Of a DNA stretch of 64,000 nt, positions 1-12,465 are shown one piece after another. How positions within the stretch are numbered: position 1 is the stretch's first letter; every line of letters starts with the position of its first letter. This DNA comes from a virus (lineage: Duplodnaviria > Caudoviricetes), in the IMG/VR virus record IMGVR_UViG_3300021256_000073, positions 1 to 64,000 of that record; one strand, given 5' to 3'. Under the pieces are notes generated by a model. It saw nothing but the letters and a program-made list of their open reading frames with translations, had not been told where the DNA came from and searched no databases. Made by a program: the position numbers and the translations under genes.

Positions 1-397
1 TAAGCTTTCCAGAACCCTTTGGATTAGTAACAAACTTTTCTATAAAGTTATTTAGTAATTTAAATTGGTTAACTGGACCTTTTACTACATCATTAAACTC
101 TTTAGCAACTCTTGCAGTTCTTACTAGGTTTCCAAAGTTCTTTATTCCTACACCTGGAGCTTCTCCATAATGCACATCTGGGTCTTCTGGGTTGTAACCC
201 CCAAATAAAGCAGAAACTGCATTTCCGAAGTTTGATATACTTGGACCTGATTTTAAAAAGTTAGAAGCTATATTTAAATTCCTTTTTAGTTTCTAACCTA
301 TAGGAAGCTAAGAATATTCTTTAAATTTTCTCCTTGCTTCTCGTTTTTCATCAGATTCTACTTTAAATTTATCTCCATTTTGTAATTTTATTACCAT
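1..397 (-). CDS. hypothetical protein, runs off left edge (code 15)
   Basis: ATG at 397 overlaps the end of the upstream gene. MVIKLQNGDKF... stays open to position 1 with two in-frame TAG and no TAA/TGA. Confidence 0.7.
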
Positions 398-573
398 GTT
401 ATATAATAAAAATCAGTTCTTAACTTCTCATCTTTTAAATCATACTTCTTATAATCTCCATTTTGCATATAAACACAATCCTTAGCATAGTCCCATTTAA
501 AGTATCCCTTATAATTTGGAAGCATACCTACTTTGCCTCTCCTTATTAAATATGCAACTTGCTCGAATGTCAT
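391..573 (-). CDS. small hypothetical protein (60 aa)
   Basis: In the ORF track; coupled to neighbouring genes at both ends. Confidence 0.75.
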   Translation of the reverse strand: MTFEQVAYLIRRGKVGMLPNYKGYFKWDYAKDCVYMQNGDYKKYDLKDEKLRTDFYYITW

Positions 574-722
574 TTTGTTTTTCTTTTAATTAATTTCTTT
601 TTTCTGTCTACATAATCTCCTTTCATATTAGATAGTGTAGGGTTACTATCCACAGTTCTATTAGGTCTAAAGTCAAACCCTTTATTTGGTCTTCCTCCAT
701 TTTTCAGTCCTAAAATTTTCAT
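570..722 (-). CDS. small basic hypothetical protein (50 aa)
   Basis: MKILGLKNGGRPNKGFDF...KKKLIKRKTK; its TGA overlaps the next ATG (ATGA). Confidence 0.6.
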   Translation of the reverse strand: MKILGLKNGGRPNKGFDFRPNRTVDSNPTLSNMKGDYVDRKKKLIKRKTK

Positions 723-755
723 AGTATCAAATTATTAAATTAAAAATTAATTTAC

Positions 756-786
756 TTTGGTTATTCTAAAAATAATACTAAGTTTG
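756..786 (+). promoter_or_regulatory. Bacteroidota sigmaA-type promoter (-33 TTTG / -7 TAnnTTTG)
   Basis: TTTG at 756-759, 19-nt spacer, TAAGTTTG at 779-786, in the divergent intergenic region upstream of the holin. Confidence 0.7.
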
Positions 787-889
787 AGTAGTTCAAAATT
801 CGTAGACAACAATATAAAAATATAATAGATAAATATGCTATATCTTAGTAGTATATATCTTGGACTTCTCATTAATTAAATTAGAAAAC

Positions 890-1162
890 ATGCAAAGTAA
901 TACTAAGGATTGGATTCAGTATGGTTCTGCTATAGCTATGATATTAAGTGCTATTGTTTTAGCCTTTTTATCTTTCTTTGCTATATAGGCCATTGAGGCT
1001 AGCGTACTATGGTACGTAGCTCAAGCTCTTGCTTATGCAGGCGGTATTTTTGGTGTAAGTATTTACATTAAATCTAAATTAGGAGAAGCTACAAGTGTAG
1101 TAAATTAGAGAATAAGAGAAGAAGTTAGAGATTAGATAGACAGACATTCTAGAAATAATTAA
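890..1162 (+). CDS. putative holin (90 aa, two TM helices; code 15)
   Basis: KDWIQYGSAIAMILSAIVLAFLSFF and VLWYVAQALAYAGGIFGVSIYI hydrophobic helices, then a charged tail. TAG at 986, 1106 and 1133. Confidence 0.7.
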
Positions 1163-1164
1163 TT

Positions 1165-2067
1165 ATGCAAATCGACAAGAAGAATGGAAGTGTATGTTTT
1201 TCTGAGAAGGAACACGTATACTGGAATGAAAATGACAATGCTAAGTACATATCTGTAACAACTTTAATTGAGAGATATGCCCAGCCTTTTGACAGGGATT
1301 TTTGGTCAGCATACAAAGCTTTAGAACAATTATTACCTGCTTCAGCTTGGGGAATTGAAAAGAAATCGCTGCTTGCTACTCACAAATTAGATAAGGAACT
1401 GCTTAGTACTTATGATATTAGTGAGTTAGATTTTAACAAAGCACAACAAGGAATTTTAGATGAATGGGATAAAACTAATAGAGACTCATGTGAGCGAGGA
1501 ACCAAAATTCATGCAAAACTTGAACAAAGTATGTATGATATGGGTGCTAACGTGTCCTTAAAGAAATTTGGTGTTGGAGGAAAATTTGTTTGTGACAAAG
1601 GTCGAACATCTTTAGACTTAGAAAATGGAGTCTATCCAGAATATTTAATTTCTTATTCGTCCGAAGATAAACTACTAAGATTGGCAGGACAGATAGACCT
1701 ATTAGTTATTTCAGGCAATCAATTTTATATATTGGACTGGAAGACTAATAAGGAAATCAAGACTAAGTCTGGATTTAATACATAGACTAAGAGTAGTGCT
1801 AAAATGTTATATCCTCTTAATAATTTAGATGACTGTAATTTCTATCATTATACATTGCAGTTGTCTACATATGCTTGGATGATACAACAAATAAGACCTG
1901 ACCTACAACTAAAGGAACTTATCATGGTTCACTTTGACCATAATGATAAGCAAACTATTTATCATCTTGACTATTTAAAAGATGAAGTAGAGAAAATGTT
2001 TAAGCACTACAAAAAAGAAGTGCAGAAAGAGAAACAAAGAAATAAATACAAAAGAATAGAGTACTAA
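1165..2067 (+). CDS. PD-(D/E)xK (RecB/Cas4-like) nuclease, 300 aa
   Basis: SVTT, RGTKIH, AGQIDL, DWKT and YTLQLSTY motifs; two same-frame fragments joined by TAG at 1783. Confidence 0.85.
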
Positions 2068-2333
2068 TGGAAATTGGACAAATAGTTAAAGGGCATGTTA
2101 ATGAAGTCTTGGGACTTAATGAGGATCTAAAAGAAAAAAGAATGAAAATCTGTCTCAAGTGTCCTCTTTATAAGGATACTTTAGGTGGAATATGTAATAG
2201 TAATTTATGGTTAAACCCTAAAACTGGAGATGTAAGTACAGAACAAGAAGATGGTTATTATAGAGGATGTGGATGCCGTTTGCAAGCAAAAACAACATTA
2301 GCAACAGCATCTTGTCCAGTTAAAAAATGGTAA
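2067..2333 (+). CDS. small Cys-rich, probably Zn-binding protein (88 aa)
   Basis: CLKC...C...GCGC...CPVKKW; TAATG coupling. Confidence 0.75.
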   Translation: MEIGQIVKGHVNEVLGLNEDLKEKRMKICLKCPLYKDTLGGICNSNLWLNPKTGDVSTEQEDGYYRGCGCRLQAKTTLATASCPVKKW

Positions 2334-2339
2334 TGTATT

Positions 2340-2939
2340 ATGGAAACGATCAATGGACATGATTTTAACAGTATTCCTACTGAAAAGGAAAAAATTGCAA
2401 GACAAGTATCAGATGGACAGCTTTTTTATGCTAATAAACAGTCGGTAGATGATTTAGTAATTGACCAGGCAAAAGCTAAATTTAATGACCAGGTAGAAGA
2501 GTATGTAAAGAAACTTGATGATCATGCTGAGCTTCTTAAGAAGTATCAAGAGTCTTTATGTGATGACTTGGAGAAACTTGAAATTAAGGCTATCGGTGCA
2601 GGATTACTAATCAAACCGTTTGAGGAAAATCCATTCCAGACTATTAAGAGAGTTGGTAGTATTATTACTGACCTTGGAGGAATGAAACCTACATATAAGA
2701 GTCACGAAACTGGTGATGTCGAAGAGGAAGAGCAGTTTATCCATGTAGGTACTGTAATAGATAATGGACCTGCTTGTAAATGGGTTCGTGAAGGAGATAT
2801 CGTTATGTGGAGAAAAGTATCTGAAACTCCTGTTCCTTTCTACAAGCAAGGTCTAGTACTTGTAAATGAACAGAGCATTATGACTGCTGTAAACCAAGGT
2901 CTTACTGCTCGCTTTAATGAATTAAAGAACAATGGATGA
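2340..2939 (+). CDS. GroES-like co-chaperonin with N-terminal extension (199 aa)
   Basis: IKAIGAGLLIKP...GTVIDNGPACKWVREGDIVMW...LVNEQSIM follows the GroES pattern. Confidence 0.7.
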   Translation: METINGHDFNSIPTEKEKIARQVSDGQLFYANKQSVDDLVIDQAKAKFNDQVEEYVKKLDDHAELLKKYQESLCDDLEKLEIKAIGAGLLIKPFEENPFQTIKRVGSIITDLGGMKPTYKSHETGDVEEEEQFIHVGTVIDNGPACKWVREGDIVMWRKVSETPVPFYKQGLVLVNEQSIMTAVNQGLTARFNELKNNG

Positions 2940-3153
2940 TAAAGTATATTTTATGCCTGGTGACTTGGTAACTATTAAATAGGACTTACCAAACAAGCCA
3001 GTTATGTTAGTAGTAAAGAAAGAAACTTACATATATAAAAACAAAGAAGATTAGAACTTGAAAGGAATCCGTTGTAGATGGTTTACTTCAGACGGAGTAC
3101 TTCAAGAGGAAGTATTTAATACGAAAGACCTAATTAAAGTAGAAAATGATTAA
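2932..3153 (+). CDS. DUF2158/YodC-like small protein (73 aa; code 15)
   Basis: FMPGDLVTIK...PVMLV...RCRWFTSDGVLQEEVFNTKDL; two TAG; overlaps both neighbours. Confidence 0.7.
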
Positions 3154-3652
3154 TAAATTTCAACAAGGAGGTGCTGCTCCACAATAGGGTGGAGGCATTT
3201 TAGCTTAGATTCAGCAATTACCACAAGAGCAACAACAGTAGATAATGTAGGCTTTTGGTCAATGGGTACAACAAAAAGGAATCGATCCTAGCCAACTTCA
3301 AGATCCAGCTGCTCTTGAACAAGCTCTTGGTCAGTTTATGCAAGAAATGCAACAGCAATAGGCACAAATGGCTAAACATGGTGCTAAGCTTAACTACATC
3401 AAGAAACTAAAGCATCAGTGTGCTGAAGATGAGGAACTCAAGTTCTTTGCTAAAGGTGGTAATATTGACTGTGGCTGTGTTAAGAAAGATATGAAAGGTG
3501 GTAAAGCAGAACCTAAGAAAAACGCACTACAGCAATTTAAAGACAGTAAGAAGCCATCAAAAAAATGTGGTGGTAAGATGAAGAAACATCAGATTGGTGG
3601 AACACTAGAGACCCTTAGACAATCTTTGGGGCTCGAAAAAAAAAATAATTAA
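3146..3652 (+). CDS. Gln-rich hypothetical protein with several xxGG motifs (168 aa; code 15)
   Basis: MINKFQQGGAAP...; TAGs fall inside poly-Gln runs; same frame as the 3368 fragment. Confidence 0.8.
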
Positions 3653-4415
3653 GAATTAGCAGGGAGGTAGTGTCAATCTATTTAAAAATCCCTTGAAGGA
3701 ATCTCCTAAAGAGCGATCATAGGTAACTTATAAAACTCCTGAGTTTGTTCCTACTTATAATAAAACTGTTCCAGAAGTTAATGTTATCTCAGCAAAACTT
3801 CCTGGTATAGAAGTAACTGCCACAGATTTATCTAAAACATAGAGATTCCCATATGGAGGAATAAATGTTATATCTAAATCTATAAATGGAGGTCTAGATA
3901 GAAAACAACGTACATTTATAAATCCATTTGAAAGCAGTGATTTGGTAGCTAGTAAGTAGGAGGGAGGACTTATTGAAAAATCTGATAATACTAGGGTTCA
4001 AAAGCCTATTCCTGGAATGATTTCTCCTGATTCAGAAGTTAGAACATATGATAATATTCCAGTAAGAGTTAGTAAGCATTATCCATATCAAGATAAGTAT
4101 TATCTTGGAAATCCAGCTAGGCCTATGTATTCTCGTGATAAGAATGTAAAGCTTAATGGAATCTATCCAAGTGTGTATGGAGTTGAATTAGACGTACTTG
4201 CTCCAGAATATATACAAAAAATAAATGGTAATGATACTACATACTATGTTCAAGGAGGAGATAAGAATTACTATCCAGTAGCAGGATAGCAAGACCGTCC
4301 AGCTTTTAGAGAAGCTTTTAAAAATCCAAAGGCTAGAGGTAACAGACCTAATTACTTTGATACACCTGAAAAAATAGATAAGTGGAAGCAAATAATTGCT
4401 AATTGGCAAAAATAA
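3636..4415 (+). CDS. open frame without a clear start, probably the frameshifted continuation of 3146..3652
   Basis: Open in code 15 from the A10 run to TAA at 4413-4415, which is coupled to the next ATG. First ATG only at 4017. Contains KNQQGG and KQEGG. Confidence 0.65.
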
Positions 4416-5002
4416 TGTTACATATTTTCCAGTATAATAATGTTAATGGTAAGGTTGAACTAGAAAAACCTGAAATTCTACTGATAAGTGAGTTTAAGGC
4501 ACTAGTACAGAAGAGTAGAAATGTATGTGATGCTGATAAAACTGGAGAAAAATGTTTGAGGGCATTTAAAGAATTTACATATATATGGCTTGCACTTGAT
4601 TGGCAGTCATTATATGCTGGATATACAGAGCAAGAGCGTCATGAAGAAGCTCTAAAAGACTCTGGACTTACAGAGGAAGAATTCAATGACCCTTTGTTTA
4701 GAGCTGCTTGTAGAAAGTATCGTGCTTTACAAGAAAGTAATAGAACTATACGTATGCTACATGCAGCACAACTCACGGTAGATAAGTTTATAGACTATTT
4801 TAATAATATTGACCCTGAAGAGCGTGATGCTCAAACAGGAAAGCCTATATTCAAGGTCAAAGATATAATGGCAGAAATTTCTAACCTATCTAAAGTACAC
4901 GAGGAGTTGAAAACTCTTGAATCTGCGGTTAAGAAGGAGATGGAAGAAGCTTCTCAATTACGTGCAGGTGCTGTAGAAGGTTATTTACCAACTGATTTCT
5001 AA
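4415..5002 (+). CDS. helical protein upstream of terminase (195 aa; possible small terminase subunit)
   Basis: Clean ORF, TAATG-coupled at both ends; function inferred from position only. Confidence 0.6.
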   Translation: MLHIFQYNNVNGKVELEKPEILLISEFKALVQKSRNVCDADKTGEKCLRAFKEFTYIWLALDWQSLYAGYTEQERHEEALKDSGLTEEEFNDPLFRAACRKYRALQESNRTIRMLHAAQLTVDKFIDYFNNIDPEERDAQTGKPIFKVKDIMAEISNLSKVHEELKTLESAVKKEMEEASQLRAGAVEGYLPTDF

Positions 5003-7329
5003 TGGCCGAAGAAGTTAAGAAAAAACGTGGACGTCCTAAAAAGAAATCTGCATTACTTCCAGTACCTGATGAGGTACAAACTATTATATAGGAAGCAATA
5101 CAAAAAGAAGAAAAGGAAATTCACGAAGAAGTGCAACAGTACGTTGCAGAGGTTAAATAGCAGCGTTCTGAGTGGGATGTTCCCAAGGACGCTGCTATTA
5201 CTTTTTTTGATAAAAGATTATCTTATGAAATCACTGGTTATAAACCAATCGATGAAAAGAGAGGTTTAGACTTTAGACCAGAGTGGTTTACAGAAGCTAG
5301 AGATAATAAAGAGAGGACAGGAAAATACTGTTAGTTTGTTCCTGGCTCAAAAGCATATGCTGATTTCTGGCATGGTGAGTATGTAAAGTGTAGAGAAGGA
5401 TGTACTATTAATGGTTATACTATTACAGGTCCACATTACTTCTTCCTTAACTACTACCAGTTGCCTAATACAGATGCAGGTAAAGCAGGTAGTTCCCGTG
5501 GAGTTATTTACCCAAGATTCTATGTATATCAATATGAGTTCTTTCATTACTATGAGATATGTAGAATTTTACGTAAGAATTGTGGGCTTATGAAGTCCAG
5601 AGGTATCGGATTCTCAGAAATCAATGCTTGCTTATGTGCTTGTATGTACTCTACATTTAGAGGTTCTAATACTCTAATGACTGCTGCATCTAAAAACTAC
5701 GTTGATAAGACACTTGAAAAGATTTGGGGAGAACTTAACTTCCTAAATGATAATACTGAAGGAGGATTCTTCAAACTTAGATAGGTATCTGATACAGCTT
5801 ATAAGAAGAGAGCCTCATATTATAAAATAGTACAAGGACAGAAAATTGAAGATGGTTGGAAATCTCAAATTGAAGGTATTGTTGCAGACGATGACTCTAA
5901 GATAAGAGGTGACCGTGTAGATTTGCTGGTACTTGAGGAGGCTGGTTCTAATCCAAAGTTCAGACGCTCCTTCATTAAAGGTGAAGCTCTTGTATCTCTT
6001 GGAGGTAACAAGTTCGGAATTATCCTTGCGGGAGGTACGGGAGGAGACTCTGGTCCTAATCTGGAAGGACTTAGCAATATGTACTATGATCCAGAAGGTC
6101 ATGATGTACTGCCATTCTTCCACAACTATACATAGGATGGAGATTGGAAGAAGACTTGTTATTTCATTCCTGCTTATATAGCTCTATATAACGGAGACTA
6201 TATGGATGAAAGAGGTTATTGTGATGCTAAGAGAGGTAGAGAGTATTATGAAAGTGAAAGAAGAAAAAGAGCTGGAGACCCTAGAGGCCTAGTTGAATAT
6301 TCTGCTGAGTATTGTTTTAATGCAGAAGAAGCTTTCGCTCTTGAAGGAACTAATAAGTTCAATAAAACTCTTATAGCTGAACAAATAACAAAGATTAAAG
6401 TTCTTAAAGAAGGTCCAACTATAGAAAATGGAGAATTTCAATTCCTATTTAAATAGGGTACCGACCATAAAAACTTAAGAAATGTATCTGGAGTTAGGTG
6501 GGTTCCTGGTAATACAGGATTAGTACATATAATTGAACATCCTATATGGTTAGGAGTTCATGAAGATGAGGAAGGTAATACTATATCATACGGTTAGAAA
6601 CGTAACCTTTATGTAGCCGGAATTGATGGTATTGATATTGGTATGGACTAGACATCTGATGAAACTAAAGACCCTTCTAATTTCTGTATAGTTATAAAGA
6701 AAAGAGCTTTTGGATTACAAGATCCTAAATATGTTGCTTACTATATGTTTAGACCTGATGATGAAAGACAGGCTTTCTAGACAGCTATGAAACTAATGCT
6801 TTACTATAATTGTAGAGCTAATATAGAAGCAACTCGTTTGTCTATGTTAAACTGGGCAAAAGGAAATGGATGGGGAGACTATTTTATGAGAAGACCTCGT
6901 GCTACATATCCAGAAGCTACAAGAAAAATAGGTAATGCAATTGGTACACCTGCTACTCCTACTATTATTAATCACCAGACGGACCTTATAGCTAACTATG
7001 TAGAAGACTATTGTCATAATATATGGTTTCCAGAATTCCTGGACTAGTTAAATAGATACACTGATGAAAAGAAAGGTAAGTTTGATATTATAGCCGCTAT
7101 GGGCATGGCGGAACTTGCTGATGAAGAGTTAGGAGGAGTTGTTGCCACTGATGTAGAACCTGATGAAGAAAACACATTCCAAGATATAGGTTATTACAGA
7201 GATGAAAATGGAATACGACACTTTGGAGTGATACCTAAAGTTCAGTAGCCTAAAGTAAGAGTAATGCAAGAATTTACTAATGAAGTAGTTAACAGAAATA
7301 GAACAAGCGATCCTCGAAAGTATACGTAA
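5002..7329 (+). CDS. terL: terminase large subunit (775 aa; code 15)
   Basis: Walker A-like LMKSRGIGFSE, Walker B LLVLEEAG, GGTGG, RNase H-like YVAGIDGID, FDIIAA; all fragments in one frame. Confidence 0.93.
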
Positions 7330-7582
7330 TGTATATTGTGTCGAGTATACAGGAACTCTTGATGTAGAAGAACTTAAACCTGTAGGATATAAGGTACGTC
7401 TTGGTATTTAGAATGCCGATAAGCCTATTACAATTATGGCAGAGCTTCCACTCTAGAAGTTTCTGAAGTTCTTTGTTCAAGAGTTAAGAGATAGACATTT
7501 AAATGACATCCATTATTACACAGGTTATAGGGTTCCCCCTGATGACTAGTGTTTTGATACAAGCTGTGCATGTAAGAAATGA
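7280..7582 (+). CDS. hypothetical protein (100 aa; code 15)
   Basis: MKQLTEIEQAILESIRNVY...SCACKK; overlaps the terL 3' end by 50 nt; TGA coupled to the portal ATG. Confidence 0.7.
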
Positions 7583-9768
7583 AAACAGATAACCAATATA
7601 TAGAAATGACTAACAAAATTATAGCGGAACTAGTCAAACCCAAGTGGGAACTATAGAAAGCATATAACTATTATAATGGAAAAAGAGATGCTGAACAATT
7701 CCGCTACTTAGAAGAAAATTATGGAATAGGAAATCCTACTTCTGTAGAGTTCATTCCTCTAATTCGTAAGCACGTGGATGCCTTAGTAGGTGAATATCTT
7801 GGTGTACCAATTTAGCCAAGAGTAACCTGCAAGGATACACGTACTCTTAGTAAGATTACTAGAGAGAAAGAACTTAAAATAAAAACTGAAGTATATAACT
7901 TCCTAAAGGAAAGATATAAAAATAAGATCCTTCAATCACTACAAGGACCTCAATAGATAGTAGACTAGAGTATAGAAAGAGATATGTAGGAACTTATAGA
8001 AGACCTGGATGCTAACTTTGTTTCAGAATATGAACAAGCAGCATAGAATGTAATCCAATTCATTTTACAAAGTAGAGAGGCTGACATTATTACTAAACAT
8101 AAGATGTTACTTCTAGATCTACTTATAACTGGATGGACATTCTATAGAGTTAAACCTTCTAGTTCAGGTTCTAATGTAAATGTAGAGGTACTTAATCCTT
8201 TAAATACATTTATCGATCCTAATCCAGAGAGTCCATATGTAAAACATTCTCATAGGGTTGTAGTTCGTAAATGGCTTACTAGACAACAAGTTCTTAACCA
8301 ATATGGTGAGCAACTTAGTAAGGAAGACATTGCAACTTTAAAAGAAGCATGGAGAGATACATTTGATAATGATTCATACTATGTACGTTCATTCGCATAT
8401 TGTGATGGACGCCCTGCTACAGATGGTATACGAGCTGGTAAGGAGATAATTCCTGGATATCCTGTTGATACTTATCATTCTCATCACTTTGAACTCATTC
8501 CAGTTTATGAAGTAGAATGGCTGGAAGCTGATAAGGACTTTACTATGTAGAGATATAAGACTACACGTATTGGTGAGAACATTTATATAATTACAGGTAA
8601 GGATGATACAGTAGTTAGAAGTCAAGACAATCCTACAGAATGTACACTATCAGTAAATGGAATCTATTTTACTAATAGAGGTACAGAACCTTACTCTCTT
8701 GTATTAGCTTGTGCTACTCTACAAGATAAGTATGACTTACTACACTTCTATAGAGACAATCTTATAGCCTCATCTGGAAGTGTTGGTGATTGGATTGATG
8801 TATCAGTACTTCCTAAGTTCTTAGGTAAAGACCTTCCTGAAAGACTTCAAAAGTTCTTAGCTTATAAGAAAACAGGTATGGCTCTTATTGATACTCAATA
8901 GGAAGGAGGAGCACTTGGCTCATAGACACCTATGAATACTATCTATAATGGATTTGATGATACAGTCAAGTCACAAGCTATCCAAGCTATTTAGATGGCT
9001 ATTGATTCAGTAGAATAGACAGCCTCATCAATTACTGGAGTATTCCGTGAAAGATTAAATGGAATATAGTAGCGAGATGCTGTTACTAATGTACAAACAT
9101 CTGTAAACAATTCATTTACTATTACAAAGTAGTACTATCAATAGATGGACTGTCTTACAGAGGAGATGATGTTAGATATACTTAATACTGCTAAAGTAGT
9201 ATTTAAGAAAGGAGTTAAGGGAGTCATAGTTCTTGGAGACAAACTCCAGAAAGTATTTACAGCTCTTCCTGAACACTTTACAGTATCTGACTATGATGTT
9301 CATGTTACTACGTCTACTGATATTATAAAGGATTCTGAATAGTTGCGTGCTCTTGTTCCTGAATTTGTAAAGGCTCAACTAATAGATCCTGAAGTTACTG
9401 TGGATATTATGACTACAAGAGACTTAACAGGAATTAAAGCTAGACTACGTAAAGCCTTATAGAAATAGAAGAAGGAAAACAGTCAAGTTCAGCAACTTAC
9501 TCAACAGAATGAATAGTTGTAGCAACAACTACAAGAATTACAATCACAATTATAGAAAGCACAAGGTCAAGTTCAACAACTTAATGAACGTAAGTTACAA
9601 ATTGAACAAGACAAGGTTAATAAAGATTATGAAGTTAAGAAACGTCAAGTGGAAGCCACAGATGCATATCAGACTGAGAAGAATCGTATCGAAGATGAAC
9701 GTACTAAGTTGGAAATTATGCAACTTAATGATGGCAATCCATATAATGATACAATTAGAAAATCATGA
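7579..9768 (+). CDS. portal protein (729 aa; code 15)
   Basis: AYNYYNG, PLIRKHVDALVGEYL, DLLITG, VYEVEWL, ITGVFRERLNG and a C-terminal coiled coil; follows terL. Confidence 0.88.
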
Positions 9769-10610
9769 CACCTAAGAAAATATCGCAATTAGTAGAAACC
9801 ACAGACTTAAGTTCTTTAGGTACTTGGATTCCTTTATGTTTAAAAACAGCAGGTGATCAGTATGAAAATAGAAAGATATCGCTTAATTCTATTGTAAATA
9901 AAATTACTTAGTAGATTCAGCAAAATATTAGTGACAGTTATGACCAAAGTGAACTTGGAATTCTAAGAAGTTAGATATAGACTTTATAGTAGAATTATGA
10001 TGATTTATCATCTAGATACTCTACTTTACTTAGTAATCTTAACAGCTTAGATTCTGCAGTACGTTCAAGTACTAACTTTCCAGAACATATTATCAAAATA
10101 TCTAATGGAACTGAGGTTATATATACTGAGACACTTCCTACTTGTATGAACGGTGAAAGAAAGGAATTGTTAATTGTATCTTCACAGTCTGTTGCTCCTA
10201 TGTACAGGGTTAGACTGATTCCTTCTCCTGTAACAGAAATAAATGGAAGAAGTTTTGTAATAAACTTTAGTGGAACTGTAGATACTAATAATGGACAATT
10301 TGTTGGAGGAAGCTATGGAGACATTAAAGCTAATATAGCATATTATATAAATGGAAGTTTATCTCCTTATGTATATGATAGTGCTGTTAAGTTATTTAAT
10401 GCTGGAAGTATCCAGAAAACTGATTCTACACAATCCTCAGGAACTAAAGCTATAGAAATTACTCCTCCAAATTTGTCAGAAGATATTTAGACTGTAGAAA
10501 TAAGACTTACTCTTATTATAGGCAGTACAACTTATACAGAATCTACAGCTAATGCTAGTACAACTAGTGCAACTGCACTTTCTAAATTAATGTATAGTAA
10601 TGCAAGCTAA
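9765..10610 (+). CDS. putative structural/fibre protein (281 aa)
   Basis: MTPKKISQLVET start, coiled coil, beta-rich C-terminus; tandem TAG TAG at 9909. Confidence 0.65.
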
Positions 10611-11355
10611 ATGTAAAGTATGTAAGAATGGAGCTTGTAGTATACAAGTAATAGGGTTAGAAAGAGACTCTAACCAGTATCTTGATGAGGAACAAGTAAG
10701 TTTTAGAAACTATACTTTTGAACAAACAGTCACTTTAAATAGTGTTACTTCTCTTAATTCTAAAGAAGAAGAAACAAGAGAATAGTATAGTCTTGTTCCT
10801 CATTTTGATATAGATATAGATGAAATTGAAATAAAAACAGATGGACTCAAACAAATTGACCATTTTATTATCCCAACAAAAGAATGGCTTGATTATGTAC
10901 TTGAAAGAGAAATAACTGCACTTGATTCCTATAGTATTGTTTATTATTTTGACAATGATAAGTTCTATAAATATGTTGCAGGCAAAGAAGTAGAAGTAGG
11001 AGTTGATGAGATACTTGAAGTAAATCATGAAAACACTACTGTTATCAAAGAGTCTGTGCATATATTCTAGTTATGCCATTTAGAAGAGTGCTTCTTTAAA
11101 TTATGTATGTATCTTTTAAATAATATTCCATGTACAGATCCTTGTATTACAGATAAAATAAAAGGATTTAAATTGGATATTCTTAATAGAGATATAGTGT
11201 GGATGGCTATCAATGCAATTAAATATTGTATTGAGTAGCAATAGTTCTTTAGAGCTTAGAAACTATTAGAGCATATTGAAACATGTTGGGGAATATGTAA
11301 AGATACCAATAATATAAATAAATCTAATTATAAAGGCTGTGGATGCTCTGCTTAA
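10600..11355 (+). CDS. putative tail hub-like structural protein (251 aa)
   Basis: Single code-15 frame ending in KGCGCSA; Cys-rich helical C-terminus; function from context. Confidence 0.6.
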
Positions 11356-11521
11356 TTTAAAAAATAAAGTTATTTCAGACTTTGAAAACTTAATAGAGCA
11401 ACTTGATAGAGGATACACTAATGTTGATTATTGTAAAATACTACTGACCATATCCTTTATTTAGAATGCTTCAAAAATAGATAAAGTAAATAGTTTATAT
11501 GATACACTTATAAATCTATGA
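11339..11521 (+). CDS. small hypothetical protein (60 aa, GTG start)
   Basis: MDALLNLKNKVISDFENLIEQLDRGY... fills the gap; TGA coupled to ATG 11518. Confidence 0.55.
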
Positions 11522-12465
11522 GAAATAAATTTGCTTGTACTGATGACCTTTTGAATTATTTTAAAAAATCAGATTTATTAAAAGGCCTTACTCTTACAGA
11601 ACAGGCTCAACTTAGAAAAAATATAGGAATAGTAGACTATACAGGAGAAGGTGGACAATCTTCTCCTATTAGTCTGTCCTATACTCAATTCAATGATTTA
11701 CAGAGAGCTGGGCAGTTAATTACAGGAGCTTGCTATGTTATAAATGACTTTTAGACCATATATAGTTCAAACACTATGAATAGTCTTGGACAATATGTAA
11801 CTTGGGGCTCTACTATAAATCCATCTTAGGTTTATAAGTTATATGTAAGAGCAATTTCAAATAGAGAATTAGATAAAGAGATATAGATAGAAGGAAAGGA
11901 ATGGAAAGTAGAATATGATTCAACCTAGAGAGTTCTTTCTGATGGAATAACTACTAAAGGAAGTATTACTTATTTGGAAGATGAAAATGGAAATAGTGCA
12001 TACTATGATTTTAAAAATATAAAGTGGAACTGGTCTAAAGAGAAACTAAATGAAGCTGGTATTAGAACTACTAAAAACTTAGCTTTGTATACATTCTCTG
12101 AAATTATAAACGAATAGGTTTCCGATTCTTCTGAATTACATAATACTAAACACAATATTATAAAGAGAGACTGCTTTAATAATATATTTATAGGAGATAC
12201 CTACTATAATACTATAGAATAGGAATGCTCTAACAACATATTTGCAAAAGGGTGTCATGATTCTGTAATTAAATGGAATTCAGTTAATAATAGGTTTAAT
12301 GAACCTGTAACATATTTAACTGGTTCTATCTATAATAAAAACATCGACACTGGTGATACAGTTTTATCTACAGCTATTAGTAAAACAGTACATAAGGTAA
12401 ATGATGCTACCATTATATCTTTCCTAGATCCAATAACTTATGCCTATCAAGTAGTAATATTATGA
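11518..12465 (+). CDS. putative fibre-associated protein (315 aa)
   Basis: EQAQLRKNIGI, LITGACYVINDFQT, GNSAYYDFKNI and Asn-rich beta-helix-like repeats. Confidence 0.7.

Noticed and set aside
1165-2067. Cas4-like nuclease as a sign of a CRISPR-Cas system
   Set aside because: No repeat-spacer array or other cas genes were seen; solo PD-(D/E)xK nucleases are common in phages.
7329-7466. Alternative small ORF starting at the ATG that overlaps the terL stop
   Set aside because: It closes early at TGA, whereas the 7280-7582 frame fills the gap and couples to the portal start.
5002-9768. Introns or inteins in terminase or portal
   Set aside because: Both are continuous, normal-sized frames in code 15 with no homing-endonuclease or intein motifs seen.
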